64,000 bases of DNA from a virus. Lineage: Duplodnaviria > Heunggongvirae > Uroviricota > Caudoviricetes. The translations under genes were made by a program, and so were the position numbers. The stretch lies in the IMG/VR virus record IMGVR_UViG_3300021400_000055, positions 12,908-76,907 of that record; one strand, 5' to 3'. The notes under the pieces were generated by a model. It ran no database searches and was not told where the DNA came from. It saw nothing but the letters and a program-made list of their open reading frames with translations. This document shows, piece after piece, positions 28,824 to 37,635 of this stretch (positions within the stretch are counted from its first letter, which is position 1; every line of letters starts with the position of its first letter).

Positions 28824-29303
28824 ATGAATGCTACGTTTTTACTTTATCAAATAATTGCAATCATAATTGTAATTTTATTATTACATATAACAATGAATAT
28901 ATGCAATAAATATTTATTTCCTTTGCTAGTAGATAAACGAACTAAAGACATTGAGATTAATCCTAAATGGATGGTTCCAAAATTAAAAGAAAATTATTAT
29001 GGGTTTCATGATATGGACATCATTATAGTCGATAGTCCATTAGGAGAACTCCCTCGATTTAGATTATCTAAAGATAAGAAAAAACTTCAACTACTTCTTT
29101 CTGAAGATGTTTCTACAAATGATATAGAAGCGGTAGCACAAATAGCTCTTGCTGGTAAATTAAATCTTCTTTATGGAGAATGGTATCCAGATAAACCTGC
29201 ATATTGGTTATCTATATTATTGTATTTGTTAGATGGTGGAGACATACGAATTGATGCTACAAAATGGGAAAATAAACAACCAAATAGACAAGAAACCAAT
29301 TGA
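28824..29303 (+). CDS. membrane-anchored hypothetical protein
   Basis: N-terminal TM helix. Confidence 0.4.
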   Translation: MNATFLLYQIIAIIIVILLLHITMNICNKYLFPLLVDKRTKDIEINPKWMVPKLKENYYGFHDMDIIIVDSPLGELPRFRLSKDKKKLQLLLSEDVSTNDIEAVAQIALAGKLNLLYGEWYPDKPAYWLSILLYLLDGGDIRIDATKWENKQPNRQETN

Positions 29304-29329
29304 CTTAATTCAAAAAATATAGTATAATA
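29301..29329 (+). promoter_or_regulatory. sigma70 promoter TTGACT-17-TATAAT
   Basis: TTGACTtaattcaaaaaatatagTATAAT. Confidence 0.5.
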
Positions 29330-29355
29330 TTAATATATACCCAAGAAAGGAAAAG

Positions 29356-29769
29356 ATGATGAAAGATTTATCAGAATATAGAGTTCTTAATAAAGCCAGT
29401 TTATATAGAGAATTTAAAGAAAAATATAATTATCCGAATATGCAAATTACTTCTTATAGACGAGTTCTATACGGAGAAAGTACATATTTAAGAAAAGGAC
29501 GCTCACCTTATATAGCAGATATGTTTCACTTTTTCAGTGAAAAATTGCAAAAACCATTTTTAGATATAGCGTATGATTTATTAGATTCTGAATTTTTTGG
29601 ACGAAAAAACACACTATTAGATGTATTGATAGCAGAAGAAAAACCATCTAAAGAGACACTAGAAGCATTAGGAGAAAAAGCATTAGCGTTATATAATATA
29701 AGATTATGTGATTTAAATGAAGATAATAGAAAGATATATGAAAATGTAAAAAATATAATAAGGAGGTAA
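29356..29769 (+). CDS. hypothetical protein
   Basis: ORF. Confidence 0.4.
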   Translation: MMKDLSEYRVLNKASLYREFKEKYNYPNMQITSYRRVLYGESTYLRKGRSPYIADMFHFFSEKLQKPFLDIAYDLLDSEFFGRKNTLLDVLIAEEKPSKETLEALGEKALALYNIRLCDLNEDNRKIYENVKNIIRR

Positions 29770-29772
29770 GAT

Positions 29773-30399
29773 ATGAAGGAATTAAATAAAGATGCAATAA
29801 TAGAAGCATATAATAATGGTCAATCATTAACTTCTATTGCTAAAAACCTTCATACTTATGCGACCTCAGTGAGACGTGTGTTAGAACGATGTGGGATAGA
29901 ATTAAGACATGACGCAAAAAAAGCAGGTGAATTATATGTACAAAATGGAGATAAATTAATCGAATGGGCAAAAGCACAAGGACGATTAGTGACCAAATCG
30001 GAATTAGCACAGGTGATAGGAAGAAACAGATTATCACCATCATATTTTGAAAAATATCCAGAATTAGGGCAATATGTAACAACACAAGAACCTACTGAAT
30101 TACAAGAATATAGTCAAAAATTATATAATTGGTTACAAGAGAAAAAGATTCAATACAAACCAAATGATAGAACAAAACTAAAAGTCGGAGTAACAGCATT
30201 ACTTTTAGGAGAATACGAAGGGTTGGCATTACAAATACATATAAAACCAACTTGTGTAAGTAAAAAGAAGTTTGAAGAAATAGTTAGAACAAAAGTGCAT
30301 AGAGCAAGTAAAAATGGTGTATTCATAATATGGTTGAATAAAGATCATTTCGATGACCTTGATAGTATAATTGGATTATTAGATGCATTTAAAAAATAA
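29773..30399 (+). CDS. HTH DNA-binding protein
   Basis: N-terminal NGQSLTSIAKNLHTYATSVRRVL helix-turn-helix. Confidence 0.4.
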   Translation: MKELNKDAIIEAYNNGQSLTSIAKNLHTYATSVRRVLERCGIELRHDAKKAGELYVQNGDKLIEWAKAQGRLVTKSELAQVIGRNRLSPSYFEKYPELGQYVTTQEPTELQEYSQKLYNWLQEKKIQYKPNDRTKLKVGVTALLLGEYEGLALQIHIKPTCVSKKKFEEIVRTKVHRASKNGVFIIWLNKDHFDDLDSIIGLLDAFKK

Positions 30400-30410
30400 A
30401 GGAGAAATTA

Positions 30411-30578
30411 ATGTTAGCATATACATGTGAGAATTGTAAAAAAATAATTTTTTGGGGTTGCGTAAATGAATACAACCAACATTTTTGTGATGAAAAATGT
30501 TATAAAAAATATTGTGAAGAAAACAAATATGAACCACATTTAGAAAAATTATATAAAATAAAAACACTTTTTAATTAA
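30411..30578 (+). CDS. small Cys-rich zinc-finger protein (55 aa)
   Basis: MLAYTCENCKK...CDEKCYKKYC with AAGGAG RBS; below track size cutoff. Confidence 0.35.
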   Translation: MLAYTCENCKKIIFWGCVNEYNQHFCDEKCYKKYCEENKYEPHLEKLYKIKTLFN

Positions 30579-30627
30579 TTCGAGCTTAGCGTAGTTGAAC
30601 AATGTACTTTTTGACAGGAGGTAAGCA

Positions 30628-30981
30628 ATGATTTGTAAAGTATGCAATAAAACTTTCACTTTATCACAAAAAGGTAGTGGCGGTAATAATAGGATATTTT
30701 GTTATGATTGTATGCCAATAAATACAAATAGAAAAGAAAGACAAAAACAACGTTATAAATTATTTACTACCTATTTCAATAATATTAAGTTACAAAGAGG
30801 GTGTGATAAATGTGGTTATAACAAATGTGCGGCAGCACTTGAGTGGCATCATCCTACAAATGATAAATTAGGTGATCCATCTATGATTGGACGATATACA
30901 ATCGATAAATATTTAGCAGAAGTAAACAAATGTAAACTTTTATGTGCAAATTGTCATAGAGAAGAACATTATAATATGTGA
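30628..30981 (+). CDS. HNH endonuclease
   Basis: ALEWHHPTNDK...CANCHREEH. Confidence 0.6.
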   Translation: MICKVCNKTFTLSQKGSGGNNRIFCYDCMPINTNRKERQKQRYKLFTTYFNNIKLQRGCDKCGYNKCAAALEWHHPTNDKLGDPSMIGRYTIDKYLAEVNKCKLLCANCHREEHYNM

Positions 30982-30990
30982 AATTTTATT

Positions 30991-31064
30991 TCCGGAATAA
31001 AGTGTAAAGGTTTGCACGCATCGTTTGGGACGATGAAGAGTGGTTCAAGTCTAATATTCCGGAC
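30991..31064 (+). tRNA. degenerate tRNA-like element (anticodon arm reads UGG, Pro), T-arm poorly paired
   Basis: acceptor tccggaa/ttccgga pair perfectly; anticodon stem catcg-tttggga-cgatg; T-stem does not pair; canonical T-arm ctggg-ttcgaat-cccag lies 20 nt downstream (31080-31096). Confidence 0.25.
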
Positions 31065-31163
31065 CAGTAATAAAAAGATCTGGGTTCGAATCCCAGTACA
31101 GTTGACTGCTAAATAAGTAAAAGCTGTGTAGTTTAATATGAGCAAAACATTTTATACATATAT

Positions 31164-31237
31164 TCCCTTGTCGTCTAATGGTAGGACACGAGATTTTGAT
31201 TCTCGGTATGGTAGTTCGAGTCTATCCGAGGGAGCCA
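31164..31237 (+). tRNA. tRNA-Gln (UUG)
   Basis: acceptor tcccttg/cgaggga, anticodon stem cgaga-ttttgat-tctcg, T-arm ggtag-ttcgagt-ctatc, encoded CCA. Confidence 0.7.
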
Positions 31238-31274
31238 TTAATATAAACAAAAATTTATTAGGAGGTAAAGATAA

Positions 31275-32729
31275 ATGATATTAGCAATCATTATCGGAGT
31301 AGCTATACTTTTGGTATTTGGTCTTATTTTTGTAAGCTATGTCAAGTGTCCACCAGACATGGTATATTTAATATCAGGACTTAAAAAAGAACCAAGAGTA
31401 ATAATTGGTAAAGCTACATTAAGAGTCCCATTCTTTGAAAGAGTAGACAAATTAACTTTAGAATTAATTCAAATCGATGTTAAAACATCGAGAGTTCCTA
31501 CATCTGATTTTATTAACGTAGATGTAGATGCAGTAGCAAATGTTAGAATCCCTAAAGACAACGATTTGATACAAGTTGCTGCAAGACATTTTTTAAATCA
31601 AAACCCTGAATATATCGCTAGAAATGTCCAACAAGTCCTTGAAGGAAATATGAGAGAAATAATCGGTCAAATGAATCTCAAAGATTTAGTAAATAACAAA
31701 CAATTATTTTCAACAAAAATTCAAGAAAACGCTAGAGATGACATTAAAGCAATAGGATTAGAAATAGTAAACTTAAATGTACAATCTTGTACAGATGAAA
31801 ACAACGCCATTAACGACTTAGGTATTGATAATTTATCGAAAATTCAAAAAGATGCTAAAATAGCTAAAGCACAAGCAGAAAGAGATGTTCAAGTTGCACA
31901 AGCTCAAGCCGCCAGAGAAGGTAACGAAGCCAAAGCAGCATCAGAAGCAGAGATAGCAAAACAAAATAAAGATTTAGCTTTAAAACAATATGAGTATCAA
32001 ATTGAACAAGATAAGAAAAAAGCAGAAGCTGATACCGTTTATGAAATACAAAAAGCAGAAAGACAAAAACTTATTAATGAAAATACAGTTCTTGCTGAAA
32101 TTGCTAAAACAGAAAAAGAAACAGAATTGAAAGAAAAAGAAGTAGCTTTAAGAGAAAAACAATTAGACGCAGAAGTCAGAAAACAAGCTGATGCAGATAA
32201 ATACAAAGCAGAAATTACAGCGGAAGCTCAAAAACAAGTTACAATACAAAATGCTCAGGCTGATTTAGAAAAAGCAAAACAAGAAGCTCAAGCTAAAATA
32301 GAAATAGCTAAAGCCAACAAAGAAGCAGCTGAATTAGAGGCACAGGCTATAAGAGCCAAAGCAGTAGCAGAAGCTGATGGTATAAAAGCTAAACTTGAAG
32401 CAGAAGCAGCTGGTATCGAAGCCAAAGGTATCGCTGAAGCTAAAGGTATCGAAAAGAAAGCAGAAGCTCAAGCTAAAATGCAACAAGCTTCTGTAGTAGA
32501 AATGATAGTGAACAAACTACCGGATATAGCCAGAGAAGTTTCTACTCCATTATCAAATGTAGATTCAATTACAATGTATGGAGATCAATCGACTGAACTA
32601 TTAGAAAGTGGAACTCAAAAAATAGATAAGATATTAAAAGTAGCTCAAGATAGTTTAGGAGTAGATTTAAAATCAATAGTAGCTGGATATGCAGTAGGTA
32701 AATTAGGAACAAAAACAGAAAAAGAGTAG
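31275..32729 (+). CDS. flotillin-like SPFH/band-7 protein
   Basis: N-terminal TM helix, SPFH core PDMVYLISGLKKEPRVIIGKATLRVPFFERV, long EA-rich coiled coil AKAQAERDVQVAQAQAAREGNEAKAASEAEIAK typical of FloT/YuaG. Confidence 0.75.
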   Translation: MILAIIIGVAILLVFGLIFVSYVKCPPDMVYLISGLKKEPRVIIGKATLRVPFFERVDKLTLELIQIDVKTSRVPTSDFINVDVDAVANVRIPKDNDLIQVAARHFLNQNPEYIARNVQQVLEGNMREIIGQMNLKDLVNNKQLFSTKIQENARDDIKAIGLEIVNLNVQSCTDENNAINDLGIDNLSKIQKDAKIAKAQAERDVQVAQAQAAREGNEAKAASEAEIAKQNKDLALKQYEYQIEQDKKKAEADTVYEIQKAERQKLINENTVLAEIAKTEKETELKEKEVALREKQLDAEVRKQADADKYKAEITAEAQKQVTIQNAQADLEKAKQEAQAKIEIAKANKEAAELEAQAIRAKAVAEADGIKAKLEAEAAGIEAKGIAEAKGIEKKAEAQAKMQQASVVEMIVNKLPDIAREVSTPLSNVDSITMYGDQSTELLESGTQKIDKILKVAQDSLGVDLKSIVAGYAVGKLGTKTEKE

Positions 32730-32751
32730 GGAAAAGTCCTACTCCATATAT

Positions 32752-32826
32752 GCCGACTTAGCACAGTGGTAGTGCAACCGCCTTGTAAGCGGTAGGTCGC
32801 CCGTTCGAATCGAGCAGTCGGCACCA
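32752..32826 (+). tRNA. tRNA-Thr (UGU)
   Basis: acceptor gccgact/agtcggc, anticodon accgc-cttgtaa-gcggt, T-arm with TTCGAAT loop, CCA. Confidence 0.7.
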
Positions 32827-32844
32827 TAAAGAAAGGAAGTAATT

Positions 32845-33129
32845 ATGTATTTCATAACAACAGTAGACCCAAAAGATAATGATGTTAGATGTGTGGGTTA
32901 TTTTTCAGATAAAGATATGGCTATTGAAGTCGTAGAAAATAATATTGGAGATATATATGAAGCAGGGTGTTATCAATATGCAGTAATAGAACACATTCCA
33001 GAAGGTATTTATCAATATGATACGGAACCTCTTTGGTTTACTTATATTGAAAAAACACAAAAATATCAACCATGCGCTACACCACTTTTCATTAGAAAAG
33101 AGCACATGGTAGGATTTGCTATTGGATAG
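32845..33129 (+). CDS. hypothetical protein
   Basis: ORF with AAAGGAAG RBS. Confidence 0.4.
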   Translation: MYFITTVDPKDNDVRCVGYFSDKDMAIEVVENNIGDIYEAGCYQYAVIEHIPEGIYQYDTEPLWFTYIEKTQKYQPCATPLFIRKEHMVGFAIG

Positions 33130-33193
33130 GAGGATATATGAACAGAAAAGGATCTGTCTTCTAGGGCTTAGTGCCTAAGGAGGTGACTCAATA

Positions 33194-33472
33194 ATGAGTA
33201 GGAGTTATAAAAAATCCCCAATTTCAAGGATGGCTCTATGGGGTAGGTCTATGAAAAAAGGAAAACAAGTGTCTAATCGTAAAATCAGAAGAAAATTAAA
33301 AAATCCCAACATTGAAGTTGGTAACGGTAGACATTATAAATCTTTGGGGTTAGATAGTTGGGAATTGTGGGAATTCAAATTTCTTGAAACAAAACAAGAT
33401 GCAATTGACCGTTGGGAACAAGATCAAAAAGAATTAGCAAATGGAGTAAAACGGTTGGAGAACATTACATGA
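33194..33472 (+). CDS. hypothetical basic protein
   Basis: ORF with AAGGAGG RBS. Confidence 0.4.
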   Translation: MSRSYKKSPISRMALWGRSMKKGKQVSNRKIRRKLKNPNIEVGNGRHYKSLGLDSWELWEFKFLETKQDAIDRWEQDQKELANGVKRLENIT

Positions 33473-33549
33473 TTGGAGTTTAGAAGACGCAGTCAATGAT
33501 TGGGCTAAATTCCATAAAAGAAAATAGGGGTCGGTTAGCCCCTTCATAT

Positions 33550-33623
33550 ATCTGTTTGGTGTAACGGTAGCACAATGGTCTCCAAAACCATTAGTTGAGG
33601 TTCAAATCCTTGAACAGGTGCCA
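33550..33623 (+). tRNA. tRNA-Trp (CCA)
   Basis: acceptor atctgtt/aacaggt, anticodon atggt-ctccaaa-accat, T-loop ttcaaat, CCA. Confidence 0.65.
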
Positions 33624-33779
33624 GTTCGTGGTACTACTGAAATAATCCACTGATAAGCTAAAGTAGGATAATTGCTTATCCCCAGGTGTATTCGGGAACT
33701 TTGTCTCGTACAAACGTTGTGTTGAGCAAGAAGTACACTAAGAAGCAACGTGACAGTCTGGAGAGACAGACGTTAATAT

Positions 33780-33854
33780 GGCGCTAGGGACAGTCGGTTA
33801 AGTCACCAGGTTTTCATCCTGGGGTGCTCGGTTCGACTCTGGGTAGCGCTACCA
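33780..33854 (+). tRNA. tRNA-Glu (UUC)
   Basis: acceptor ggcgcta/tagcgct, anticodon ccagg-ttttcat-cctgg, T-loop ttcgact, CCA. Confidence 0.65.
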
Positions 33855-33875
33855 AAAATCAAATGAGGTGTAAAA

Positions 33876-34015
33876 TGGATCACAAAACGCAAATAGAAAA
33901 ATCAAAAGAATTACTAGAAAGAACAAAGTCTGCTATCGAAGAGACAAAGTATAGAAAAGAAGAAACTCATAAAATAGTACAAACTTATAGAAACAAAGAT
34001 GAAGAAGAAAGATGA
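33876..34015 (+). CDS. small hypothetical protein (46 aa)
   Basis: MDHKTQIEKSKELLERTK... ; track ORF start at 33824 lies inside tRNA-Glu so later ATG preferred. Confidence 0.3.
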
Positions 34016-34018
34016 TAT

Positions 34019-34109
34019 GCCGAGATGGGTGAGTGGTTTAAACCAACGCACTGCTAACGCGTAGACCTAGTAACGGGGTCCGCAGGTTCAAATCCTGCTC
34101 TCGGCGCCA
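34019..34109 (+). tRNA. tRNA-Ser (GCU) with long variable arm
   Basis: acceptor gccgaga/tctcggc, anticodon loop ctgctaa, extended variable arm, T-arm gcagg-ttcaaat-cctgc, CCA. Confidence 0.65.
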
Positions 34110-34200
34110 ATTTAATAAGTGGGACGCCGGTCTAGGTTACGGACAGCAGGCGATAGAGCTAGTAACGAGTAAGAGTAGAAATACCTCCCACTATGTATAT

Positions 34201-34287
34201 GGGTAAGCGCTAGAGTAGGAGAGCTAGGGCGGTCTGTAAAACCGTTGTCGAAAGGCTGAGGTGGTTCGATTCCACCCTTACCCACCA
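34201..34287 (+). tRNA. tRNA-Tyr (GUA) with long variable arm
   Basis: acceptor gggtaag/cttaccc, anticodon gcggt-ctgtaaa-accgt, T-arm ggtgg-ttcgatt-ccacc, CCA. Confidence 0.65.
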
Positions 34288-34360
34288 TCAAAAACAACCA
34301 TACCAAGATAATTCCATATATATATATAATATGAGTTTGGTTGTTCTCATATTAATATTT

Positions 34361-34436
34361 GGGTCGTTAGCTCATCAGGTAGAGCATTACACTTTTAATG
34401 TAAGGGTAGTTGGTTCGAGTCCAACACGACCCACCA
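34361..34436 (+). tRNA. tRNA-Lys (UUU)
   Basis: acceptor gggtcgt/acgaccc, anticodon ttaca-cttttaa-tgtaa, T-arm gttgg-ttcgagt-ccaac, CCA. Confidence 0.7.
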
Positions 34437-34439
34437 GGG

Positions 34440-34851
34440 AAGGAAAACCATAAACCCTTGGAGAAGATTCGCACTATTCCGCCTAAGTAAAAGTAGAGGG
34501 GCAAGTGTATTGCTTAGATTGCATATTTATGCACGTCAGCTGGTCCCTAGTGACGTTAACAAAAGGGAGTTTTTCGTGGTTAGTAGCAAGACGTCACACT
34601 CCAAACGATTGAGAATAACCCTCGTGACGCACGTAGAATATGATAGCTTCATATTGAATAAAGGGCAAGTATTTTCTCATCCACACAAGAAGATACTTCG
34701 GTGGCTGGCATCATTTGAGTAGTCCCTTATACGAAGATGTTTCAGCGTGACGTTTACTCTAAGTATGTGGACTAGAGGCGTTGCAGACGGGATATAAAGT
34801 AAACCCGTCATTCTCCTATTTAAAGATAAAATGTAAAGAAAGGAGGACCCA
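34440..34851 (+). ncRNA. candidate structured non-coding RNA / regulatory region downstream of tRNA array
   Basis: about 410 nt without credible ORF, locally far more GC-rich than surroundings, multiple inverted repeats (acgtca...tgacgt) and four GTGACG copies. Confidence 0.25.
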
Positions 34852-35079
34852 ATGGACGTATTTAATTTATTAATAAAAATCTCATTAATGTGTTTATTAA
34901 TATTACAAATTATTGTTTTAATCCAAATGATTTATACAACTCATAAACGAAGTAAAGAAGATGAAAAATTCTATAAAACTCTTTATGAAAAAATCAATAT
35001 TGATACTGCGAGGTATACACTTGATTTAGAAAAATCTAAGGAGAGTATCGAAGATGAACAAGTTGGAAATCAAAAATAA
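34852..35079 (+). CDS. small membrane protein
   Basis: N-terminal TM; AAGGAGG RBS. Confidence 0.35.
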   Translation: MDVFNLLIKISLMCLLILQIIVLIQMIYTTHKRSKEDEKFYKTLYEKINIDTARYTLDLEKSKESIEDEQVGNQK

Positions 35080-35371
35080 AAAGCCCGGAGTAGTATTTTC
35101 TGAAAAAGAAAAAAAGAAAACTAATAGTGAAGTGTTGTCTCAATATGATAAAAGAATAAATGATATGCTACACCGTATAGAATTCACAGATGCTACACCT
35201 GGTCAAGCTTATAAAATGTATATGAAATTGCAAGGTTTTTTAAGAAAAAGAAGAGCTGTAAAATCTTATAATGGTAAAATTTACACACCTCGTACCGAAA
35301 CGGGTAATTATATAATAAATGGCAAAGTCACCAAAATAAAAAAGGAGGTCGACAATGGAAGAAGAAATTAA
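35054..35371 (+). CDS. hypothetical basic protein
   Basis: ORF. Confidence 0.35.
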   Translation: MNKLEIKNKKPGVVFSEKEKKKTNSEVLSQYDKRINDMLHRIEFTDATPGQAYKMYMKLQGFLRKRRAVKSYNGKIYTPRTETGNYIINGKVTKIKKEVDNGRRN

Positions 35372-35696
35372 AGAACGAATTAAACAACTTGCTACTGTAA
35401 TTGTAATGGGATTAGAAGCAAAAAATAGTGTATTTATAAATATCCAAATAGAAGAAGAATATTCACAATATGATGTGTTATTTGCTTATAATTTTGAAAA
35501 TTTAGGTTTTCATCAAAGAGGTATTCGTGGAAACGATTTACTGATAAGTATTGTTGGTGGAGGTTGTCATGGATTTAGCGTAACTATACCAGATACTGAC
35601 CCAGGTTATTATGCCGAAAAACTAGGTATACATAGTAACTTTTTGTCGTTTTTATTCAACGAAATACGAAAAAAATTAAAAGAAAAAAGTCAATAA
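35355..35696 (+). CDS. hypothetical protein
   Basis: ORF. Confidence 0.35.
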   Translation: MEEEIKERIKQLATVIVMGLEAKNSVFINIQIEEEYSQYDVLFAYNFENLGFHQRGIRGNDLLISIVGGGCHGFSVTIPDTDPGYYAEKLGIHSNFLSFLFNEIRKKLKEKSQ

Positions 35697-35722
35697 AACT
35701 GTTGACTTTTTATTTTTTATAT
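35690..35722 (+). terminator. rho-independent terminator
   Basis: aagtcaa-taaaactg-ttgactt then TTTTATTTTTT. Confidence 0.45.
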
Positions 35723-35861
35723 GATATATTATGACCATAAATAGAAGTAAGTCGTTTACAGGATTAAACGCAATAACAGAACAATAACAATTCTATCATT
35801 ATATAATCCTGTAGACCTGCGAAGGTCTATTTTTTATTATAAAAGAAAGGAGGATTATAAA

Positions 35862-36620
35862 ATGAAATTATGGATTTATGGTAAAGTAATGTCAGGTAAA
35901 ACCACATTTGCTTCACAATTCGAAGACGCTTATATTATATCTACTGATGGAAATGCTGAATACACATTTGAACCAGATAAAATATTAAGAGTAAGAAATT
36001 ATAAAGAATTAAATGATGCTATTGCTAAATTAAAAACAATTAATCCTAGTTGGGTAATAGTTGATACTACTTCATATTTAATTGATTATTTAAGATTTTA
36101 TTGGTGTGATAAAAACGGTGTTGAACATGAATCTGAAATTGCATACAAAGGTTATACAATGCTTAGAAGTTTCTTATGGGAAAGTATTTTCAGTATAGCA
36201 AATAGTTTTGACAATGTAATGTTTATTTCACACGAACAAGAAGTGATTGAAAAGAATAAATTTGGTAGAGAAATTTCTAAATTTCAACCAGTGTTTGAAG
36301 AAAAACTTAGAGACCAAATGTCAGGACTTATGGGTATAATTGCAAGAACAGTTAAATCTATAAGCGAAGATGGAACAGCTAAATATGAATTACACATTTC
36401 AAATTCTGACGATGAATTTGGTGGTTCAAGATTAGCAATCAAAAAAACTGCTATACCATTAACTAAAAAAGATTTTGATGAAAATTTCATTAAGTCTGCT
36501 TCAAAATTTGATGGTGCTAAATTGGTATATGGTGAAGCAACTAAAGAAGATATGTATAAAACCAAATTAGAAGAAAAGAAAGAAGAAGAAAAACCAAAAA
36601 GAAAATCTGTAATAGGATAA
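35862..36620 (+). CDS. P-loop NTPase (Sak4-like RecA-core ATPase or polynucleotide kinase-like)
   Basis: Walker A GKVMSGKTT at N-terminus, Walker B-like WVIVDT. Confidence 0.45.
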   Translation: MKLWIYGKVMSGKTTFASQFEDAYIISTDGNAEYTFEPDKILRVRNYKELNDAIAKLKTINPSWVIVDTTSYLIDYLRFYWCDKNGVEHESEIAYKGYTMLRSFLWESIFSIANSFDNVMFISHEQEVIEKNKFGREISKFQPVFEEKLRDQMSGLMGIIARTVKSISEDGTAKYELHISNSDDEFGGSRLAIKKTAIPLTKKDFDENFIKSASKFDGAKLVYGEATKEDMYKTKLEEKKEEEKPKRKSVIG

Positions 36621-36639
36621 TTGAAAGGAGAATTATAAA

Positions 36640-37071
36640 ATGGACAACGAAGATTTAAAAGAGTTAAATGCTATATTTAAAGATATGGGTGGTGTAGAAA
36701 AAGTAGAAGAATACACTAACAATTTTGAAAATTTACCTGATGGTTCTTACATAGGAGAAATAGAAAAATTTGAAACAAAAAATTCAAAATCATCTGGAAA
36801 ACCTATGGCTGTTATAACTGTAGCAGTAGAAGATGGAAAGAAAGAATTCAAATATTTAATGCTTGCAGGTAATGATTTAAAATCTACTCAAACAAACGTA
36901 GCAAGAGCTGTTACTCAATTAAAAAAACTTGGAGTAGAAGGTGTAGAATTAGGAGACTTCTTATCAAATGCAGAAAAACTAGTAGGCACTAGAGTACAAA
37001 TGACTATCAAAACAACAGTGTCTAAAGCTAGCGGAAATGAATTTAGAAATGTAGATTTAGAATTAGCATGA
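36640..37071 (+). CDS. hypothetical protein (partner of the P-loop ATPase)
   Basis: ORF with AAAGGAGAATTA RBS. Confidence 0.4.
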   Translation: MDNEDLKELNAIFKDMGGVEKVEEYTNNFENLPDGSYIGEIEKFETKNSKSSGKPMAVITVAVEDGKKEFKYLMLAGNDLKSTQTNVARAVTQLKKLGVEGVELGDFLSNAEKLVGTRVQMTIKTTVSKASGNEFRNVDLELA

Positions 37072-37082
37072 AGTATAAAATA

Positions 37083-37112
37083 ATACCGATTTGTGTCGGT
37101 ATTATTTTTTAT
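37083..37112 (+). terminator. rho-independent terminator
   Basis: ataccga-tttgtg-tcggtat then TATTTTTTATTT. Confidence 0.55.
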
Positions 37113-37140
37113 TTAACTTGATTGTAAGTTCTGTTCACTT

Positions 37141-37587
37141 TTATAAATTATAAAATTCATTTATTAATTTTTGTGTTTCTCGTTTTTGTTTTGCTCGATT
37201 AAATTTTCCTTTTTCGTCAATACTAAAATCTACAGCTTTTACATCAAATGGTAATTCTAAATCTTCAACGTATACGACTTTACAGTCGTCAACCAACTTT
37301 TTATATTCTTGAAACATCGCATTCATATAATTTTGTAATTGTGGACTTTGCTGATGAAACCATTGATGATTTTCAGCAGAAAGCAATGCCCCATTTTCTA
37401 TTGTAGCTTTACCTCCATCCTTTTGCATCTTAATATGATGGTAAGTTAATTGTTTCATTTTCATCATTTGTCCTTCACTTTTATAATGTCTTGGTTTGTC
37501 ATCTTTTCTCAAATGTAATTTTTCAATAAAGCATTCTGCACCATATCTTTCTATCAATAAGTCTTTTGCATGTTTATTGCAACTCAT
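37141..37587 (-). CDS. HNH endonuclease
   Basis: TYHHIKMQKDGGKATIENGALLSAENHQWFH; ATG at 37587 with AGGAGGGTAG RBS (track ORF extends to a GTG at 37623). Confidence 0.65.
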   Translation of the reverse strand: MSCNKHAKDLLIERYGAECFIEKLHLRKDDKPRHYKSEGQMMKMKQLTYHHIKMQKDGGKATIENGALLSAENHQWFHQQSPQLQNYMNAMFQEYKKLVDDCKVVYVEDLELPFDVKAVDFSIDEKGKFNRAKQKRETQKLINEFYNL

Positions 37588-37615
37588 TTTTACTACCCTC
37601 CTAAAATGCATATTT

Positions 37616-37635
37616 CTGTTCACTTTTGTGAACAG
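37616..37635. promoter_or_regulatory. perfect palindrome CTGTTCAC-TTTT-GTGAACAG (operator-like)
   Basis: 8-bp arms, 4-nt spacer, followed by TTTTT; member of the recurrent CTGTTCAC motif family. Confidence 0.45.

Noticed and set aside
31080-31110. Second tRNA ending with the canonical T-arm CTGGG-TTCGAAT-CCCAG
   Set aside because: No complementary 5' acceptor strand could be found within about 75 nt upstream. It was kept only as part of the degenerate tRNA-like element, not called as a separate tRNA.
32645-32827. Minus-strand ORF overlapping tRNA-Thr, and similarly 34112..34306 overlapping tRNA-Tyr
   Set aside because: The translation is a read-through of tRNA sequence (GIEPPQPFDNGF is an antisense tRNA signature); these are not genes.
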